Assembly: GCA_010093815.1 (NCBI GenBank)
Contig: ML996578.1
DNA: 64,000 nt
Direction: 5' to 3' (one strand)
From: Pseudovirgaria hyperparasitica
Taxonomy: Eukaryota
The notes beneath the pieces are model-generated. The model had not been told where the DNA came from. It worked only from the letters and a program-made list of their open reading frames with translations, and searched no databases. A program made the position numbers and the translations under genes. Of the stretch, positions 50,234-63,311 are shown one piece after another (the stretch's first letter is position 1; each line of letters begins with the position of its first letter).

Positions 50234-50935
50234 ATTCTCAGCTCTGGGCGATGAAGAGTAGCACTGTGAGACTTTCGCAGCATTCACCAGGCCAAATGGA
50301 ATGTTAAACGATGTACACCTGCGCCGAAGTCACCTGGCCAAGGAAAAACACTTCTATGCTGGAGCGTCAAAGCATAAATTCCATGCGACTATTGCAGGCA
50401 AAAATCACACGAACTGCTACCTGAAGTCACGTATTAAACAAGACTATCAGATACGGAGAGTGCAGAGGATGCATATGATTCGTCCGCGTGCCACGAAAGA
50501 TAAAAGTCGCATTACGTCACGTGGCCAGCCCTGCCGGGTATCTGAGCACCTTGCGGGATAATCTGCGCAGTACTCAACGATGAAGTAAACGCTCTACCAC
50601 TATTCACATGGAACGGAGAACACCATGTTGTCCTCTTCTCTTCTCTTAAAAGCCATGCGTCTGGCTTACTCTGTTAATAGAGGCGAGCTGCGGATTAGAA
50701 AACCCTGGATCTCAATACCAACCACAGAAAAAACCGGGGCTCGTACTCCTCGGTTCCATGTTACTGAAGACCACACCAAGCGCTCTGAAAGCGCTCTGAA
50801 ACAAGTTTTTTTATCGTTTTCGCTTTTGGAGTATTTAAAGGGATCCATATCCCTCTCTCAGACTTGTCTGGATAACCTACACTTCAACTTCACATCACTA
50901 AACACAAAGCGCCGCCATGTTTACTTAAAATCAAG

Positions 50936-52840
50936 ATGACGCATCCTACTTTCAGTTTTTCTAGAATACCCGAGGAGCTCCTCGTAAATATATTCGAGAA
51001 TTTAGCACCTCCAAGCCCAACCGATAGCGCACTAAGTCTTCGGACTCCGACCAAGTGCTCCCTGGAAAACACCAATACTCTCTTCCGACTATGTCAAACC
51101 TCAACACAGTTTGCTCGGATTGCACAACCGTTACTGGTTTCTTGGGCAGCCGACATCATTACCAGAGATGAAGTGCTCAGAGATCAGATTGGAGAACTAT
51201 CTCAGAAGAGATCAGCTCCGTCCAAGATAATACTGTTGCTGCGCACACTTATGACGCGCGTGGATCTGAGCGTCAACATCCGCGGCTTCACCCTTGATCT
51301 TTCGGGTCTACCAGACGAACATGTTGAGCAAAAAGCCATCACAGTCGGCTACTTGAAGCGTATCTTTGGCAAGGAAGAAGTCAAGAGGTGCTTCAGAGCT
51401 TGGGTCGTAGACAATTCTGCGAGCCGAAAAGAGTATTATTCATTCCAGATTCAACGCTTCCCCGAAAGGCTGCTGCAGGATATCGTGCAAGCAGCCAAAC
51501 AATGGCCAATGTCCGACACTTTTTCCAAAGCCGAGCTGCAGCTTCTGATCCGACAAGCGTATTCGATTGTCTCGGATTCGGAGCTTAACACTTCCATCTC
51601 CTCCCGCCTCTTGCGAGCCGCCTTCGAAGACGACAAGACTGGTGTCAATCTTCTCATAAACAGCCTAGCTCCACGGGCACAGAACCTGGCTATTCTTGCT
51701 GGCGACTACGGTACTCGCCTCGCAGGATCCACATGGGGTCGTAATCTCGAAACCTGGAATCTAAGTCACCAACCGCTCGATCTATTTTCCTCTCTGAGAC
51801 ACGTAAAAGTGACACATACGTCGCTTCGATCGTACGGTGCCTGCCTTGAATCGTACTTGCTCCGCGTTCCAAACCTCGAGTCCATCGAGATCGTACCACT
51901 CTTTTGCATGACCCAAGAGGATCTGGACGAACTGGAAGCACTCGAGAAAACGTCGCTCGTCAAGCATGTCACCATCCGCGGACCTCCACACAATTACTAC
52001 CTGGGCATTCTTCTGGATACCTTCGTACGGCTCGAGAGCCTCGCAGTCGAGATTGATTCGCCGTCCAAGTATACAGAGGACAGAGAGGACTCCCAGGAGG
52101 ACGTCGACACCGTACTGGCCGCGCTTGAACAGCAGAAGAAGACGCTGCAAAGCCTGAAGATCCGCTGCGTGGACTGGTGCTCCCAGGACAACATGGTGGC
52201 AGACTTTTCGCAAATGTCTACCCTCACGCATATCGAAATCGATGCGTCCATCCTGCATCTACCAAAGGACGGACATTCTGCATCACTGAACATCCCGGCC
52301 CTCGCAGACCGATTGCCGCCCGGCTTAGAGTCTCTGAAGATCAGTTACGAACCGGACGTAGAGTTTGCGTTCGTCAAGTGCATGGTCAGATTTCTGAAGC
52401 GCCTGACGGCGTCTCGAGGCGAAGTCACGAATCGGAACATGTCGTGGCCTGTACTCGATGTCACAGACGCCGAAAACGAACACTGCGAAAATGAATATCT
52501 GGTCAACGACAACACCTGCTGTTGGACAGACCCGTCTGTCGAGCAAGCCTTCCTCTCACTCCCAGGCTCGCGAGACTCCTTCTGGACCCACGCAACAACA
52601 CCCGCATTCGACATGCATGGCAACTCACCACCAGTCCTGCCCAACCTCCGATGTATCACCCTCGAGAGAATCGACGAAAGTCGCAAGACTCCGTCCTTGC
52701 CACTACAATGGACGAACACGGAGCGACAAAAGTGGTGGCTCCAGAAATTTGTGCAGAATCTCAAGGACTTGCACACGCTGTGCGTCAAGACGGATATCAC
52801 GCTTCAGATCGAGGGTTGGTGCTCAGGGGCCAAATCATAG
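50936..52840 (+). CDS. F-box-like protein with degenerate LRR-like C-terminus
   Basis: FSRIPEELLVNIFENL, LFRLCQTS..FARIAQPLL, repeated LxxLxI (PNLESIEI, RLESLAV, PGLESLKI); 634-aa ORF. Confidence 0.7.
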   Translation: MTHPTFSFSRIPEELLVNIFENLAPPSPTDSALSLRTPTKCSLENTNTLFRLCQTSTQFARIAQPLLVSWAADIITRDEVLRDQIGELSQKRSAPSKIILLLRTLMTRVDLSVNIRGFTLDLSGLPDEHVEQKAITVGYLKRIFGKEEVKRCFRAWVVDNSASRKEYYSFQIQRFPERLLQDIVQAAKQWPMSDTFSKAELQLLIRQAYSIVSDSELNTSISSRLLRAAFEDDKTGVNLLINSLAPRAQNLAILAGDYGTRLAGSTWGRNLETWNLSHQPLDLFSSLRHVKVTHTSLRSYGACLESYLLRVPNLESIEIVPLFCMTQEDLDELEALEKTSLVKHVTIRGPPHNYYLGILLDTFVRLESLAVEIDSPSKYTEDREDSQEDVDTVLAALEQQKKTLQSLKIRCVDWCSQDNMVADFSQMSTLTHIEIDASILHLPKDGHSASLNIPALADRLPPGLESLKISYEPDVEFAFVKCMVRFLKRLTASRGEVTNRNMSWPVLDVTDAENEHCENEYLVNDNTCCWTDPSVEQAFLSLPGSRDSFWTHATTPAFDMHGNSPPVLPNLRCITLERIDESRKTPSLPLQWTNTERQKWWLQKFVQNLKDLHTLCVKTDITLQIEGWCSGAKS

Positions 52841-53357
52841 AACTGTATTTTCTGGGGAAATCTTTTTCAAACATTTAAGCGTCGTTCAATCTTTGCATAG
52901 CTTGGTTGGGGATCTTTCTTTTTTTATTTAACTTTATATAGCATATAAATCTTGTATAGATATCATGTAGCCTCTGTTTAGTTTTACGGCTAATGCTCTT
53001 ACAATCTAAAAAAAAGGCATTAATAGTAAGGTGCAAGCAAGTGATTGATTGAATATAATATGCTCATATGTGATTACTTATCAGCGAGGTACGGGTATTC
53101 GAACGTAATGCTCCTCGGACTTTAATGTAGTCACAGAGCTAATACTGTGCATTTCAAAGCATTCTGATGTGTATACAGGGGTGGTAGTTATCCGATACCC
53201 GAGTTTAAAGCGGGGCCGCGGTCCAGGAGGTTGCTTGTGCACGGCCACGGATGAGTATATACAACCCGAGACATCAGCACTCTATCTACTCTAAATAAAA
53301 AGGCCGCTCCACATTACAATACAACAAACAAATAATCTCTCTCACAAACCCACACAC

Positions 53358-53359
<2 letters not shown>

Positions 53360-53413
<54 letters not shown>
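53360..53413. repeat. (CA)n microsatellite abutting a start codon
   Basis: CA run ends directly at the ATG at 53414. Confidence 0.95.
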
Positions 53414-53415
<2 letters not shown>

Positions 53416-54300
53416 GTCAACCCCACAATCACGCCCAGGCCTCCTCTACATAAACTCAGGCATCAAGGACCCAGCCACACTGTCCCCTCACCAGTATACC
53501 CAGGTCTACAAAGACAAGCACATCCCCGACGTCGTCGCAACAGGCAGTCTCCACAGCGCATCCTTCTACTACGGCGCCGCCGACCCGTCCGCTGCCGCTG
53601 CCGCCACCATCACCACCCTCCCGTACCTCGTGCTCTACCACTTCGACGACCTCGCACACGCACTCACATCCGCGCTCCCGGCCGTGCCGCTACAGTACAG
53701 CGGCCTCCCCGGCAGCGGCCGTCTCCCGGACCTAGCACATTTCGACACGCGCAGCTACGCGCTGTGCGCACACAACAAGCCGCATGGCGTGGCATTTGGT
53801 ACGTCGACTGTATTTGTATTCTCGAAAGCGGGGAGGGGGGCCCTCCGTCTATGTATTATCATCACCTTATGGCGGCGGCTACGGCGGAAGCCACGACGAT
53901 CAACCAGAACAAAGCCGACCAATCGAGCTACTAATTAGGCAAAGCAGCCTCTCCTCAGCGTAGTGCTCATGACATGATGCCCCTCGGACGAGCGTCACGG
54001 CGCAATGACGTCGCGGCGTGGTACGCGGACGAGCACTTTGGCATGCTGGATGGCGTGCCGGGATATCTGGGCAGCCTAGCGCTATGAGCTCGTAGCCGGA
54101 CCAGGGACAGAGCCGACGACAACAGTGCTGCCGAAGATGCTCGTGCTGCACGAGTTCTCGGGCGCGGAGGTGTTTACGAAAGGCTCGGCGGGGCAGAAGG
54201 CGTTTGCGGGCGAGCATGACGACGGTGTGGGCGAAGAGGGGTGATGGGCGGGATATCACGGCGGCGGAAAGCAGGATGTACGTACAGGTTGGGGGAGGTA
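53414..54300 (+). pseudogene. EthD/DABB-like tandem-domain protein with frameshifts in exon 2 (intron 53799-53938)
   Basis: YKDKHIPDVV, PYLVLY, FDTRSY in exon 1; WYADEHFGMLDGVPGY then TGA at 54085; RYELV..LVLHEF and TVWAKR..RMY in shifted frames. Confidence 0.65.
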
Positions 54301-54968
54301 TTATGACGGTAGGGTCGGGGCGAGGATGTGATTCTGTTGGCTTGAGGACTGCACGCGAGAGATGCATTTGGGTTGGCTTTTTGATGCAGGAAATAGATGC
54401 ATGGAATGCAATGCATGCATGTGTATAGTGACAGTGACAGTGACAGTGATGGTTGATAGAGCAAGCCGGGGATTTGCCGGGCGGCCAATCATCGAGCGCG
54501 GGGAAGGGGGAAAGGTGGCATGAGCCGGGGAGCTAGAGAGAGAGCTAGGGGGAGCTTATGTGGCCATCAAGGTGCGTCGCTTGGGTGCGCCGGGATTACT
54601 GCTTTGGGCAAGTCGTCGAGGATGAAAGAGGGGGGGAGGGGGGGAATCCAGTGGGGCAGTGTGGGGCATCTGTTGCTTGAGCTTAAGCTTGAAGTTGAGC
54701 TTGAGATCTTGCTCATCCTCATCAATACTCATCAATCACATCGAGCGAAACTACCAACTGGCCCTACTGCCACTACTATAGCATGATTGCTTTAAATTGA
54801 CAGCCGTGCTGCTCGTGTGCTGTGCCGCGCCAGATTGATATTACTCTCTCTCTCTCTGTCTCTCTCTCTCCCTTCGTCTTTTGTTTTGACTGTGATTGTT
54901 GTCATACACTCTCACATCATCCTACGGCATCATCCGAGTCCCCGCCGGTCCGAAGTGCTCTCGTCACA

Positions 54969-56015
54969 ATGGCGATCTCACGCGTCTTCACTCGCGCCTC
55001 TTTCCGCGCCCTTGCCCAGCGAGCAACCCTCGCTCCAGCGCGTCAAACCCCTATACCCTCACGAGCATTCACAGCGTCACAACAAGCCCAGCAAACGCGT
55101 GGCCCGCCAAGTCCGCCCTCAGACGACACCGCCGACCCAGCACAGGCATACCTAGGCACCACAAAGCGTCTCCCGGAGTTCAACCTGACCAAGAAAGTCG
55201 TCCTCGTCACCGGCGCCGCTCGCGGTCTCGGCCTGGTCCAAGCAGAAGCACTGCTGGAAGCCGGTGCAACAGGTGCGGCGCCATCTGCCCTCCAAACATC
55301 CTCCCATTCCCAACTTCCCTAACATCAGCCACTAGTGTATGCCCTCGACCGACTGTCCGAGCCGTCCGAACTCTTCGCTCCGATCGCAGAACGTGCTGCC
55401 AAAGAACTAGGCACATCCCTGCACTACACCCAGATCGACACACGTGATGTCGCGGCCCTACACGCCATCATAGCCGACATTGGCGCCAAAGAAGGCCGTA
55501 TGGACGGGCTGATTGCCGCCGCTGGCATCCAGCAGGAGACGCCTGCGCTCGAGTACAGCGCCGAGGACGCAAACCGCATGTTCCAGGTCAACATCACGGG
55601 GACGATGATGACGGCGCAGGCAGTGGCCAAGCAGATGATCAAGTTCGGCAACGGAGGCAGCATGGCCTTTATTGCGAGCATGAGCGGCAGTGTGGCGAAT
55701 CGCGGCTTGATATGCTCGGCGTACAACGCGAGTAAGGCCGGCGTGATTCAGCTAGGGCGGAATCTGGCCAGTGAGTGGGGCGAGCACGGGATACGGGTGA
55801 ACACAATCAGTCCGGGTTATATTGTGACGCAGATGGTAGAGGAGCTGTTCAAGGAGTATCCTGAGCGCAGGGAGACGTGGCCGACGCAGAACATGCTTGG
55901 CAAGTTGAGCAAGCCCGAGGAGTATCGTGGAGCGGCCGTATTTCTTCTTAGTGATGCGAGTAGCTTCATGACTGGTGCTGATCTGAGGATCGACGGTGGG
56001 CACACTGCTTGGTAG
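54969..56015 (+). CDS. Short-chain dehydrogenase (D-arabinitol/polyol dehydrogenase-like) with mitochondrial presequence-like N-terminus, 1 intron
   Basis: VLVTGAARGLG, IASMSG, YNASK, IRVNTISPGY, TGADLRIDGG; Arg/Ala/Ser-rich N-terminus MAISRVFTRASFR. Confidence 0.9.
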
Positions 56016-56234
56016 AAGTGGAAGGTCTTCTAGCGTTCCTGCACCTGTTATCCTTATGCAAGATAGTAAAAGGGGTGGGTACCCTGTCTTACCCGTCCGA
56101 GCGAGGCGAATGTTTGGCTGTTTTTACTACATACATGGATTACAAGAATCTGAGGCTACTTTTTTCTTTTGGTTACATCACTTCGTGGGTATCATATAGT
56201 TCCTCAATCGAGGAGCAATAACATATAGCCTGCA

Positions 56235-59200
56235 CTACTGCTTTGCCATGCGGGCACTCCACCCGTTCATGCTTCTCTTCACGCCCAATGTCTTTCTCTG
56301 CGGTGCCACATTCGGTCTCTGCCCAACGCTGGTCCGATGGAGTGTGCTGGCAGGGCGAAAGCCAGTCGGCCGTGCTATCAGCTCTACCCTGATGTCTTCC
56401 TCTCTGCTGCCCATGGCGTTCCCAGCATGCCCCTCAGTGGGGGCATTCCCACGCTCCGAATCCTCCGGCGGGGCAGGAGAGCTACTCAACAAAATATATC
56501 GCGGAGTCTCAGACTCTGATTCCGAGTGTGGTCGCTTTCGCGGTCGATTGTCCATGGGTGTCAGGCGAGGCTTGCGAACACTATTATCAGCCGGCTGCAA
56601 GCTTCGAGGAGGCTGCGACGCCGACGTATTGGAGATATCTTGAAGGGCTTGGATTTCCCGGTTTGGCCTTCTCATGGCCGCTAGACCTGTAGGAGTTGGT
56701 GTGAAGGTCCCAGGACCTTGAGAGGATCCTTTCTCTGCCCCACCCGTGGCTGGTCTAGCAGGGGTTGATCTGCCATGAGCAGAAGAAGGACCAAGTGTCC
56801 TCCTAGGTGGACCGAAGAAGGATTTGATATTGCCCTGACCCGAGCCTTGTGTCTTGAGGGCCGGCCTCTGATTAAACTCATGTAATGATGAACTCACCGA
56901 TCGATTGATGGCTTGTTGTACTTTCTTTGCTTGCTCTTGCTCACGCTGTTGCGTCCAAGCCATGCCAGCACTCATGAAACCGCTGTTCATTGTTGTAGAC
57001 GCAACAGAAAAGTGTTGCATCTGGTTGATAGAGGTGGCGACATTCGTATTAGTGGTTGAAGCCCTCTCATTCCATCGGTTACCCTTGAAGCCATGGTCAT
57101 CGTCCACTTTCTCGCGTCTTGAGAAATCAGATGCATTTGCATTCCTGTCACCAACCCAGTATGAACCTTCAGGGTTGCATGACTCGCCGTCCAGGGGATA
57201 AGCATCATCTTCGAGCCTATCGACTTCAGTCTGAGCCTGATGCAGCGTCTGCTCAGCAGGGCAAGCTCGTCGGAGAACCCGTGCAAAGCCTTGCGTAGCC
57301 GTAAACGTAATCGGAGGGCCTTGCCTGGCCATATTGTCCGTTGAATCCAGAAAAGGAGAAAGCTCTGTATCTTGGTACTGAGAGCTTCTCATAGGGCAGC
57401 TGATATAGAGCAAGGCTTGCGCTCGCGTCATACCGACATAAAGCAGTCTCCGCTCTTCATCATGGTCTTCTGCGCGAGAATGTGGTATGGACCCTTTGTA
57501 CGCAGCCGGGATGAAAACGACTGGCCATTCGAGACCTTTAGCTCCGTGTATGGTCGAGATGGTGACCTGAGGCGTGGCTTCTCCCTCTGACTTTTCCACC
57601 TCCGTAGACAAGGCAACGTTTGATAGAAAAGTCGTCAATGCGTCTGCTGCCTGTGAACGTTCCCGTTGCTCTGCAGCGTCGATGACTGGCAGAGCTTCAT
57701 TGTCGTTGACAGCATCATCCATGCTCATTCCGGTTGCGAGCGTCATCAGCTCCTGTACATTGTCCCATCGTGATCCGAATTCCTCGGTCTCGGGATATTG
57801 CTTCTTCAGGTACTCCTCAAACGAAAGTTTCTTGAGCAAATGCACCATGAGATCAAAAAGCCCACCATCTTGGTTCTCTAAACCGTCTAGTCTCTTCTGG
57901 GAAGTCAGAATGATGTTTACGAAGCTTTCTATTCCCTTCTGCGCGGGCTTGCTAATGGCTGTCCTCGGTTTCGAGGTACCTTGGGCGCTCCCAAGTGCGA
58001 GCCTCCACAGCGATGTCTTTTTCTCTTCTGCTTCGGCAAGCAGCTTCTTACAAGTTTCCTCTCCGACTTTTCGTGAAGGAGTGTTGATAGTACGGAGCAC
58101 AGCGTCGTTGTGATCAGGGTGGTTGATGACTCGGAGATAATCGAGAATGATCTTAACTTCGACCCGATCGAAAAATCGGTGACCACCGACCATACGATAA
58201 GGTATGCCTGCCCTCCCGAGCTCGCGCTCAATGCTATTGGACAACGCTGCTGATCGTAAAAGGACAGCAAAGTCATTGTACGTCAGCAGACGCCCCGTCA
58301 GAATATGGACTCTCTTTATCTCTGCAACAAGCCACTTTGCCTCGTCCATTGCAGTCGGTAATTTCCGAAACACTGGCATCTCACCGACTGAATGGGTCGC
58401 CAAGAGTCGCTTCTGAGGTCTGGCCTTGTCTTGCTCGATGACAGTCATAGCAGAAGCCAGGATTGCCCCTGACGATCTATAGTTCTCCTCGAGATTGATC
58501 ACTATTGTATCATGCCATTGTGCCTGCATCTGATTGAGGTTCTTAATTTCGGCTGAGCGGAAGCCATAGATGCTCTGATCAGGATCGCCGACAATTGTGA
58601 TCCGATTGTGTCTTTGTGCAAGCAGCCCCATCAACTTGTACTGTACGTTATTCGTGTCTTGGAACTCGTCAATCAATACAACCTCGACGTTGTTGACGCA
58701 TTGAGGATACTCGATGAGGAGGTCGACGCAGCGGAGGAGTAGATCATCGTAGTCAAGGAGATTGGAAGACTTGAGCGTTTCCTCATACTCTTCATATACA
58801 GCCGCAAACTCTTGCTGATCGACGCCTTTCGGATTCGTTTGGCCACTCTTAATATTCTTGGCTTTCATCCCAGATATCCGAGCACGGGCGCCTTTAGGGT
58901 CGACACCATAATTCCTCCTCTTCACAATCCTCTTTATGATAGCGATACTGTCGGCAGAATCCGCGATTCCGAAATTCTTCGCGATGCCGATGTGCTGGCC
59001 GTATGAGACGAGATACCTACGAGCAACCGAGTGAAACGTCCCCAGGACCAATTTGGCAGCCGTCTTCTCCCCGACCAAGCCACAGATTCGGTCGCGCATC
59101 TCTCGTGCCGCCTTGATTGTGAAGGTGCATACCACGAGATCCCATGGCCGGTACTTGTGCTCCAGCAGATGGTACGCGACCCGCGCGGTGAGGGTCTTCG

Positions 59201-59300
59201 TCTTTCCAGATCCCGGTGGTGCGAGGACTTGGAGCACCGAGGCCGGGCTGGTGACTGCCCTGTGCTGGGCAGCATTCAGCCCGTCAAGTAAAGCGTCCAT
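56235..59300 (-). CDS. SRS2: UvrD/PcrA-family DNA helicase, Srs2-like, intronless
   Basis: APPGSGKT, VLIDEFQDTN, VGDPDQSIYGFRSA, LEENYRS, STIHGAKGLEW, EERRLLYVGMTRA. Confidence 0.9.
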   Translation of the reverse strand: MDALLDGLNAAQHRAVTSPASVLQVLAPPGSGKTKTLTARVAYHLLEHKYRPWDLVVCTFTIKAAREMRDRICGLVGEKTAAKLVLGTFHSVARRYLVSYGQHIGIAKNFGIADSADSIAIIKRIVKRRNYGVDPKGARARISGMKAKNIKSGQTNPKGVDQQEFAAVYEEYEETLKSSNLLDYDDLLLRCVDLLIEYPQCVNNVEVVLIDEFQDTNNVQYKLMGLLAQRHNRITIVGDPDQSIYGFRSAEIKNLNQMQAQWHDTIVINLEENYRSSGAILASAMTVIEQDKARPQKRLLATHSVGEMPVFRKLPTAMDEAKWLVAEIKRVHILTGRLLTYNDFAVLLRSAALSNSIERELGRAGIPYRMVGGHRFFDRVEVKIILDYLRVINHPDHNDAVLRTINTPSRKVGEETCKKLLAEAEEKKTSLWRLALGSAQGTSKPRTAISKPAQKGIESFVNIILTSQKRLDGLENQDGGLFDLMVHLLKKLSFEEYLKKQYPETEEFGSRWDNVQELMTLATGMSMDDAVNDNEALPVIDAAEQRERSQAADALTTFLSNVALSTEVEKSEGEATPQVTISTIHGAKGLEWPVVFIPAAYKGSIPHSRAEDHDEERRLLYVGMTRAQALLYISCPMRSSQYQDTELSPFLDSTDNMARQGPPITFTATQGFARVLRRACPAEQTLHQAQTEVDRLEDDAYPLDGESCNPEGSYWVGDRNANASDFSRREKVDDDHGFKGNRWNERASTTNTNVATSINQMQHFSVASTTMNSGFMSAGMAWTQQREQEQAKKVQQAINRSVSSSLHEFNQRPALKTQGSGQGNIKSFFGPPRRTLGPSSAHGRSTPARPATGGAEKGSSQGPGTFTPTPTGLAAMRRPNREIQALQDISNTSASQPPRSLQPADNSVRKPRLTPMDNRPRKRPHSESESETPRYILLSSSPAPPEDSERGNAPTEGHAGNAMGSREEDIRVELIARPTGFRPASTLHRTSVGQRPNVAPQRKTLGVKRSMNGWSARMAKQ

Positions 59301-59636
59301 CAAGGCATTGGTGTGGTGAGTCTTCGTAGTCGAGCGGAGGAGATGTTTCTGGAGGACGCGACAGCGCTAGCGCCATAAACACGCTAATGATACGCTAACA
59401 CGTGATGGGCAATTTGCGTCTATGTATAAAATCTGTGGAAGACTGTTGTGCGCGCAAGGGTCCGTAGAATACTTATCTATATATAATGACAATTGCATAC
59501 TAACACGTGGTGCATAGAAAGGTCAAGTAAGTGAGCTTTACATGCGCTTTATATGCGCTGCAACTCAATGCTTGCTTATATTCATGTACTATGTAGTTCT
59601 TAAGCTTGAAGAACGACTAAACATCATGATCTATTT

Positions 59637-61472
59637 TCAGGCCTTGACCTCGATCTTCTCGCTGCGAACCTTCTCGTCCGAAGAGCTACCTTGGCGAGAC
59701 AAGTCTCCCTCCTCAATGTCCTTTGTCTGGTGTGCCGCACCAATCGGCAGTGCGTTTTCGAAGCTACGGCCCTTCCTCTCGGGACCAAGCGCTGTGGTGA
59801 CAGCAATTCCAATAGCGATGATAGCTGTTGCGATTGCCATTGTAGGACCATAGGCAGGTACTTTGTCACCGCTCGTGCTTGTAACGAACAGACTTCTCCT
59901 CTCAGCGATAGCGTTGACAATTTGCGCGCTGGGCGAGCTGATCATGTTACCGAGCTGGTATGTGATACCAGGGAAACTGGAACGGAAGCTTGGCGGAGAA
60001 AGCTCATTCAAGTGAATTGGAATCACACCCCAGGCGCCTTGCACGAAGAATTGCATGAAGAAGCCGCTGGCGGAAAGGCTGCGCTCGCCTTCTGGTAGCA
60101 CCCAGGCGGGTATCATCAAACATGACATGAGAGCAGCCACAATGATGGCTCGCCTGCGACCGAACCATTGAGACACATAGCCGATGATCGTGCCACCGAC
60201 GCAAGCACCGGTCTTCATGATGATGCTGGCTCGGCTAGCGGGACCATTCGAGAGCTCTTTGCTATCTTTCATGAATGTAGTGTACGAGTCTTGAGAGGTG
60301 TGAGAGTCTGAAGAATGAGTTAGTGACTTGGTCTAGAGTTCTGAGTAGTTCTGCTCACAGTAGTTGAACCACGTCATCAATATGATGCAGTATACGACCA
60401 TGCGCCACTCTTGCTTGAGCATCTGCTTCGTCTCCAACCAGAAAGCACCAGGAGCAACAGCCTTCTTGCCGGCCTTTCTTGCTTCGATGAATTGTTTCGA
60501 TTCTGGGAACAAAGCACGAACGAGACCCATGCCGATACTAAGCCCTGCACCAGCCCAGAATACGGTCTTCCAAGAGTTGGTTTCGCCGCCAACAGCCAGA
60601 TTGGCACATGCCTAGACGAGTGTAAGCGTACAGAATCTTTGAGGTTGGTATGAGTATGGGCTTACGGCAAGGACATATCCGAACGAATATCCCTGTTGGA
60701 GGATTCCACTCATCAATCCACGAGCTTGGGTTCTGACTTTATTAGCTTCGGAATTCCCAGTGCTAAGCGAATGTGTATGAGGACTTACGGGCAATTCTCA
60801 AGAGCCATGGCGATTGCGTTGCCATAAACACCGCCCATGAACAATCCAAACAGTGATCGGATTGCGAGGAACTGGCTAAAGGTGCCACAATAGATGGTTG
60901 CAACCTGAAGGATACCCAGGATGATCATGTTGATGACCATCGGCCATTTACGACCTGATAGCAATTAGAAATGATATTTCGCCATTTCATCGATCGGACT
61001 GTGAGGGAGGTATCATACCGAATTTGTCACCTGCAAGTCCGAAAAATGCAGCACCGACTGAACGGAGCAGAAGCGTAAGAGTAATAGCCGTCGTGATGTC
61101 AGTATTAGTCTTGCCATAGTACTTCGCCAGCTTGGTCGTTTGAATTGACAACGAGTGGAAATCGAACGCATCGGCAGTCCAGGAGAAGAGTCCAACGAGG
61201 AAGAAGAGCCAATCCTTGAAGCTCAGCTGAGCGAACATGGTAAATGGATTCTTGAGTGGTTCGGGCGACTGCCATTCTGTGCTACACAAGCCAATGTGTT
61301 AGAAATTGTGAAGAGGTATTATGCATTGGCTGAGTCGGTCTTACTATGTTTCGCCGAACTCATTCGTAACAACCACTCGCTGCTTCCAGACAAAGAGGTC
61401 TCTGAATGATTGTTTCGCCGTAGCCAATGTGCCACGGACAATGGGGTCCGCAGGCTCATTTTGTGTAGCCAT
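59637..61472 (-). CDS. JEN1: Jen1-like carboxylate:proton symporter (MFS), multiple introns
   Basis: WTADAFDF, ITLTLLLRSVGA, ARGLMSGILQQGY, QFFVQGAWGVIPIHLNELSP, YQLGNMISS. Confidence 0.9.
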
Positions 61473-63311
61473 GATGGCTGTAGATAAGTAAGCTGGCGGT
61501 GAATTCTATATGGATGCGAGCTGCGGGCAAAGACTGCTCGTTATCAACGATCGGCCCAGGTGGACGGTCAAGATGCAGAAGTGACGCAGGGAACTCCAAT
61601 GATGATGGCTCGCATGGGAACACCCTTTTATACATGTGCGGTGGTCGTACCGCGCTGCCAGACGGGTTCAGCGGAGTAAACCTCAAGCATCACACGACTT
61701 TTCTGTGTCCGGGTACATCGAAACGCAGCCAAGAAAGCCCAGACCGCCACTGCGACGGTGCCGCATCCACAGCTCGACAACCACAAGCCACTACTACTTG
61801 ACGTCGATATAGTCAGCCCTTGCGTGTTGTCGATTGCTTTGATCTAAGACCTTTCAAGCAATGATGTGGTACAAGAGCGGTAGGTTGATCCTTGTTTTGC
61901 CCGTCTCGATGCCATCTCCGAGTCGAAACCGTCTTGAAGATTGCGGAGAGACAGTATAGAGGATGGATGGAGGGGTGTCTGTGTGAATAGCCCCGTTACC
62001 CCAGATACCCCAGTATCAATGTCCCCCGCAGGCAGGGATGTGTGGGCTGGCCAACCTTGTGACAGCCCATTGCCGGGATTGGTATTCTATCCGTGGTAGC
62101 TTCTCACCAAGAAGGCCCGGCACCGGGCCTGCAACCATTCCAAGATTGAGGGAATGCCGGAGTACTACGCTGCTATAGTCCAATCCGTAGTCGCAAGGCA
62201 ACGCTGAGAGAAAGCAGTGAAGGGGAAGAACAAGCTCTGCCATGCAGCCACCGCGCAATCCAAGACGGGATAGCCTAGCGCTGGTTCCTAAGACGCGGTC
62301 TCGGCGTAAGCTTAGTGGGTACGGACTTCTTGGCAAGTTTGGTTTGTCGTTGGTTTGGCGTGTGATATGGGTGTAGATGGCGGAAAGACATGGCAAGAAT
62401 CCTTCGAACACCAATATGTGAGGGATTGACCGGCGGGCTATTCGTTGCCAAGACTATACAGTCACCAGTCATTGGTTCGGCGGCACAGTTCCAGGCATGC
62501 TATCAACGGCATTCTGTCCGTGAGGTTTAATATTGCCCTTGCGGGACGCGGCCAGAGCTGAGAAAGGCTCATTGGGTCATCTAGCCGGCAATGTGTAGTT
62601 ATTGAGGCAGCATCTAATTAAGTCAAAGAAGGACACGGCTTGTTATTGAGAGGTGCACACAAGCCTCACCAAGAAACCAAGCAAGACAAACTGGCCACAC
62701 CAGACATCGGCCCCTTGGAGACACGAGATACAAGGTTGAGTTGACAGGCTTGTTTGCACTGCTTCAGAACAAAGTCTGTGTGGGCCATATGCAATCTGGG
62801 ATTGATCCTGGGTATTAGATTTGGTGCAAGATGCTCGGCCGACAGCTAGATACATACACAGTACACCGTCAGATCCAGTTTAGTTCCCCACCGGAACCAC
62901 AAGTAACGTCACAGCGTGCATGGCACACGTGCCTGGGCCGTACTCCACATAATAGGCGACGGAAACAGTAACCCATATTCTGACATCTGCCGGCGTCATA
63001 GTAGTGCGATGGTGCTGTCAGATCTTTGGGGTGTGATAGGACAATATGCTGGTCTCTGCCATGTGGCCTCAACAGTCGCTCTTCGAGTGGGTTTCATGTT
63101 TGATTCTAGAACCGGATTGGCTTTTCCGCATATCAGATTCGGCATCGCAGCAGGGTTGACGAGTCTTGATTACTCAAAGTATCTGGCAATCACCATATGG
63201 GCGGACAAGAAAAGCGCCGTGCTAGAAAGATAATACCAGATCTCAAATACAACCCATGTAGCGCTTGTTGCTTTGTCGATAGTGTGAAAGATAATTAGCG
63301 ATCGGTGCAGC

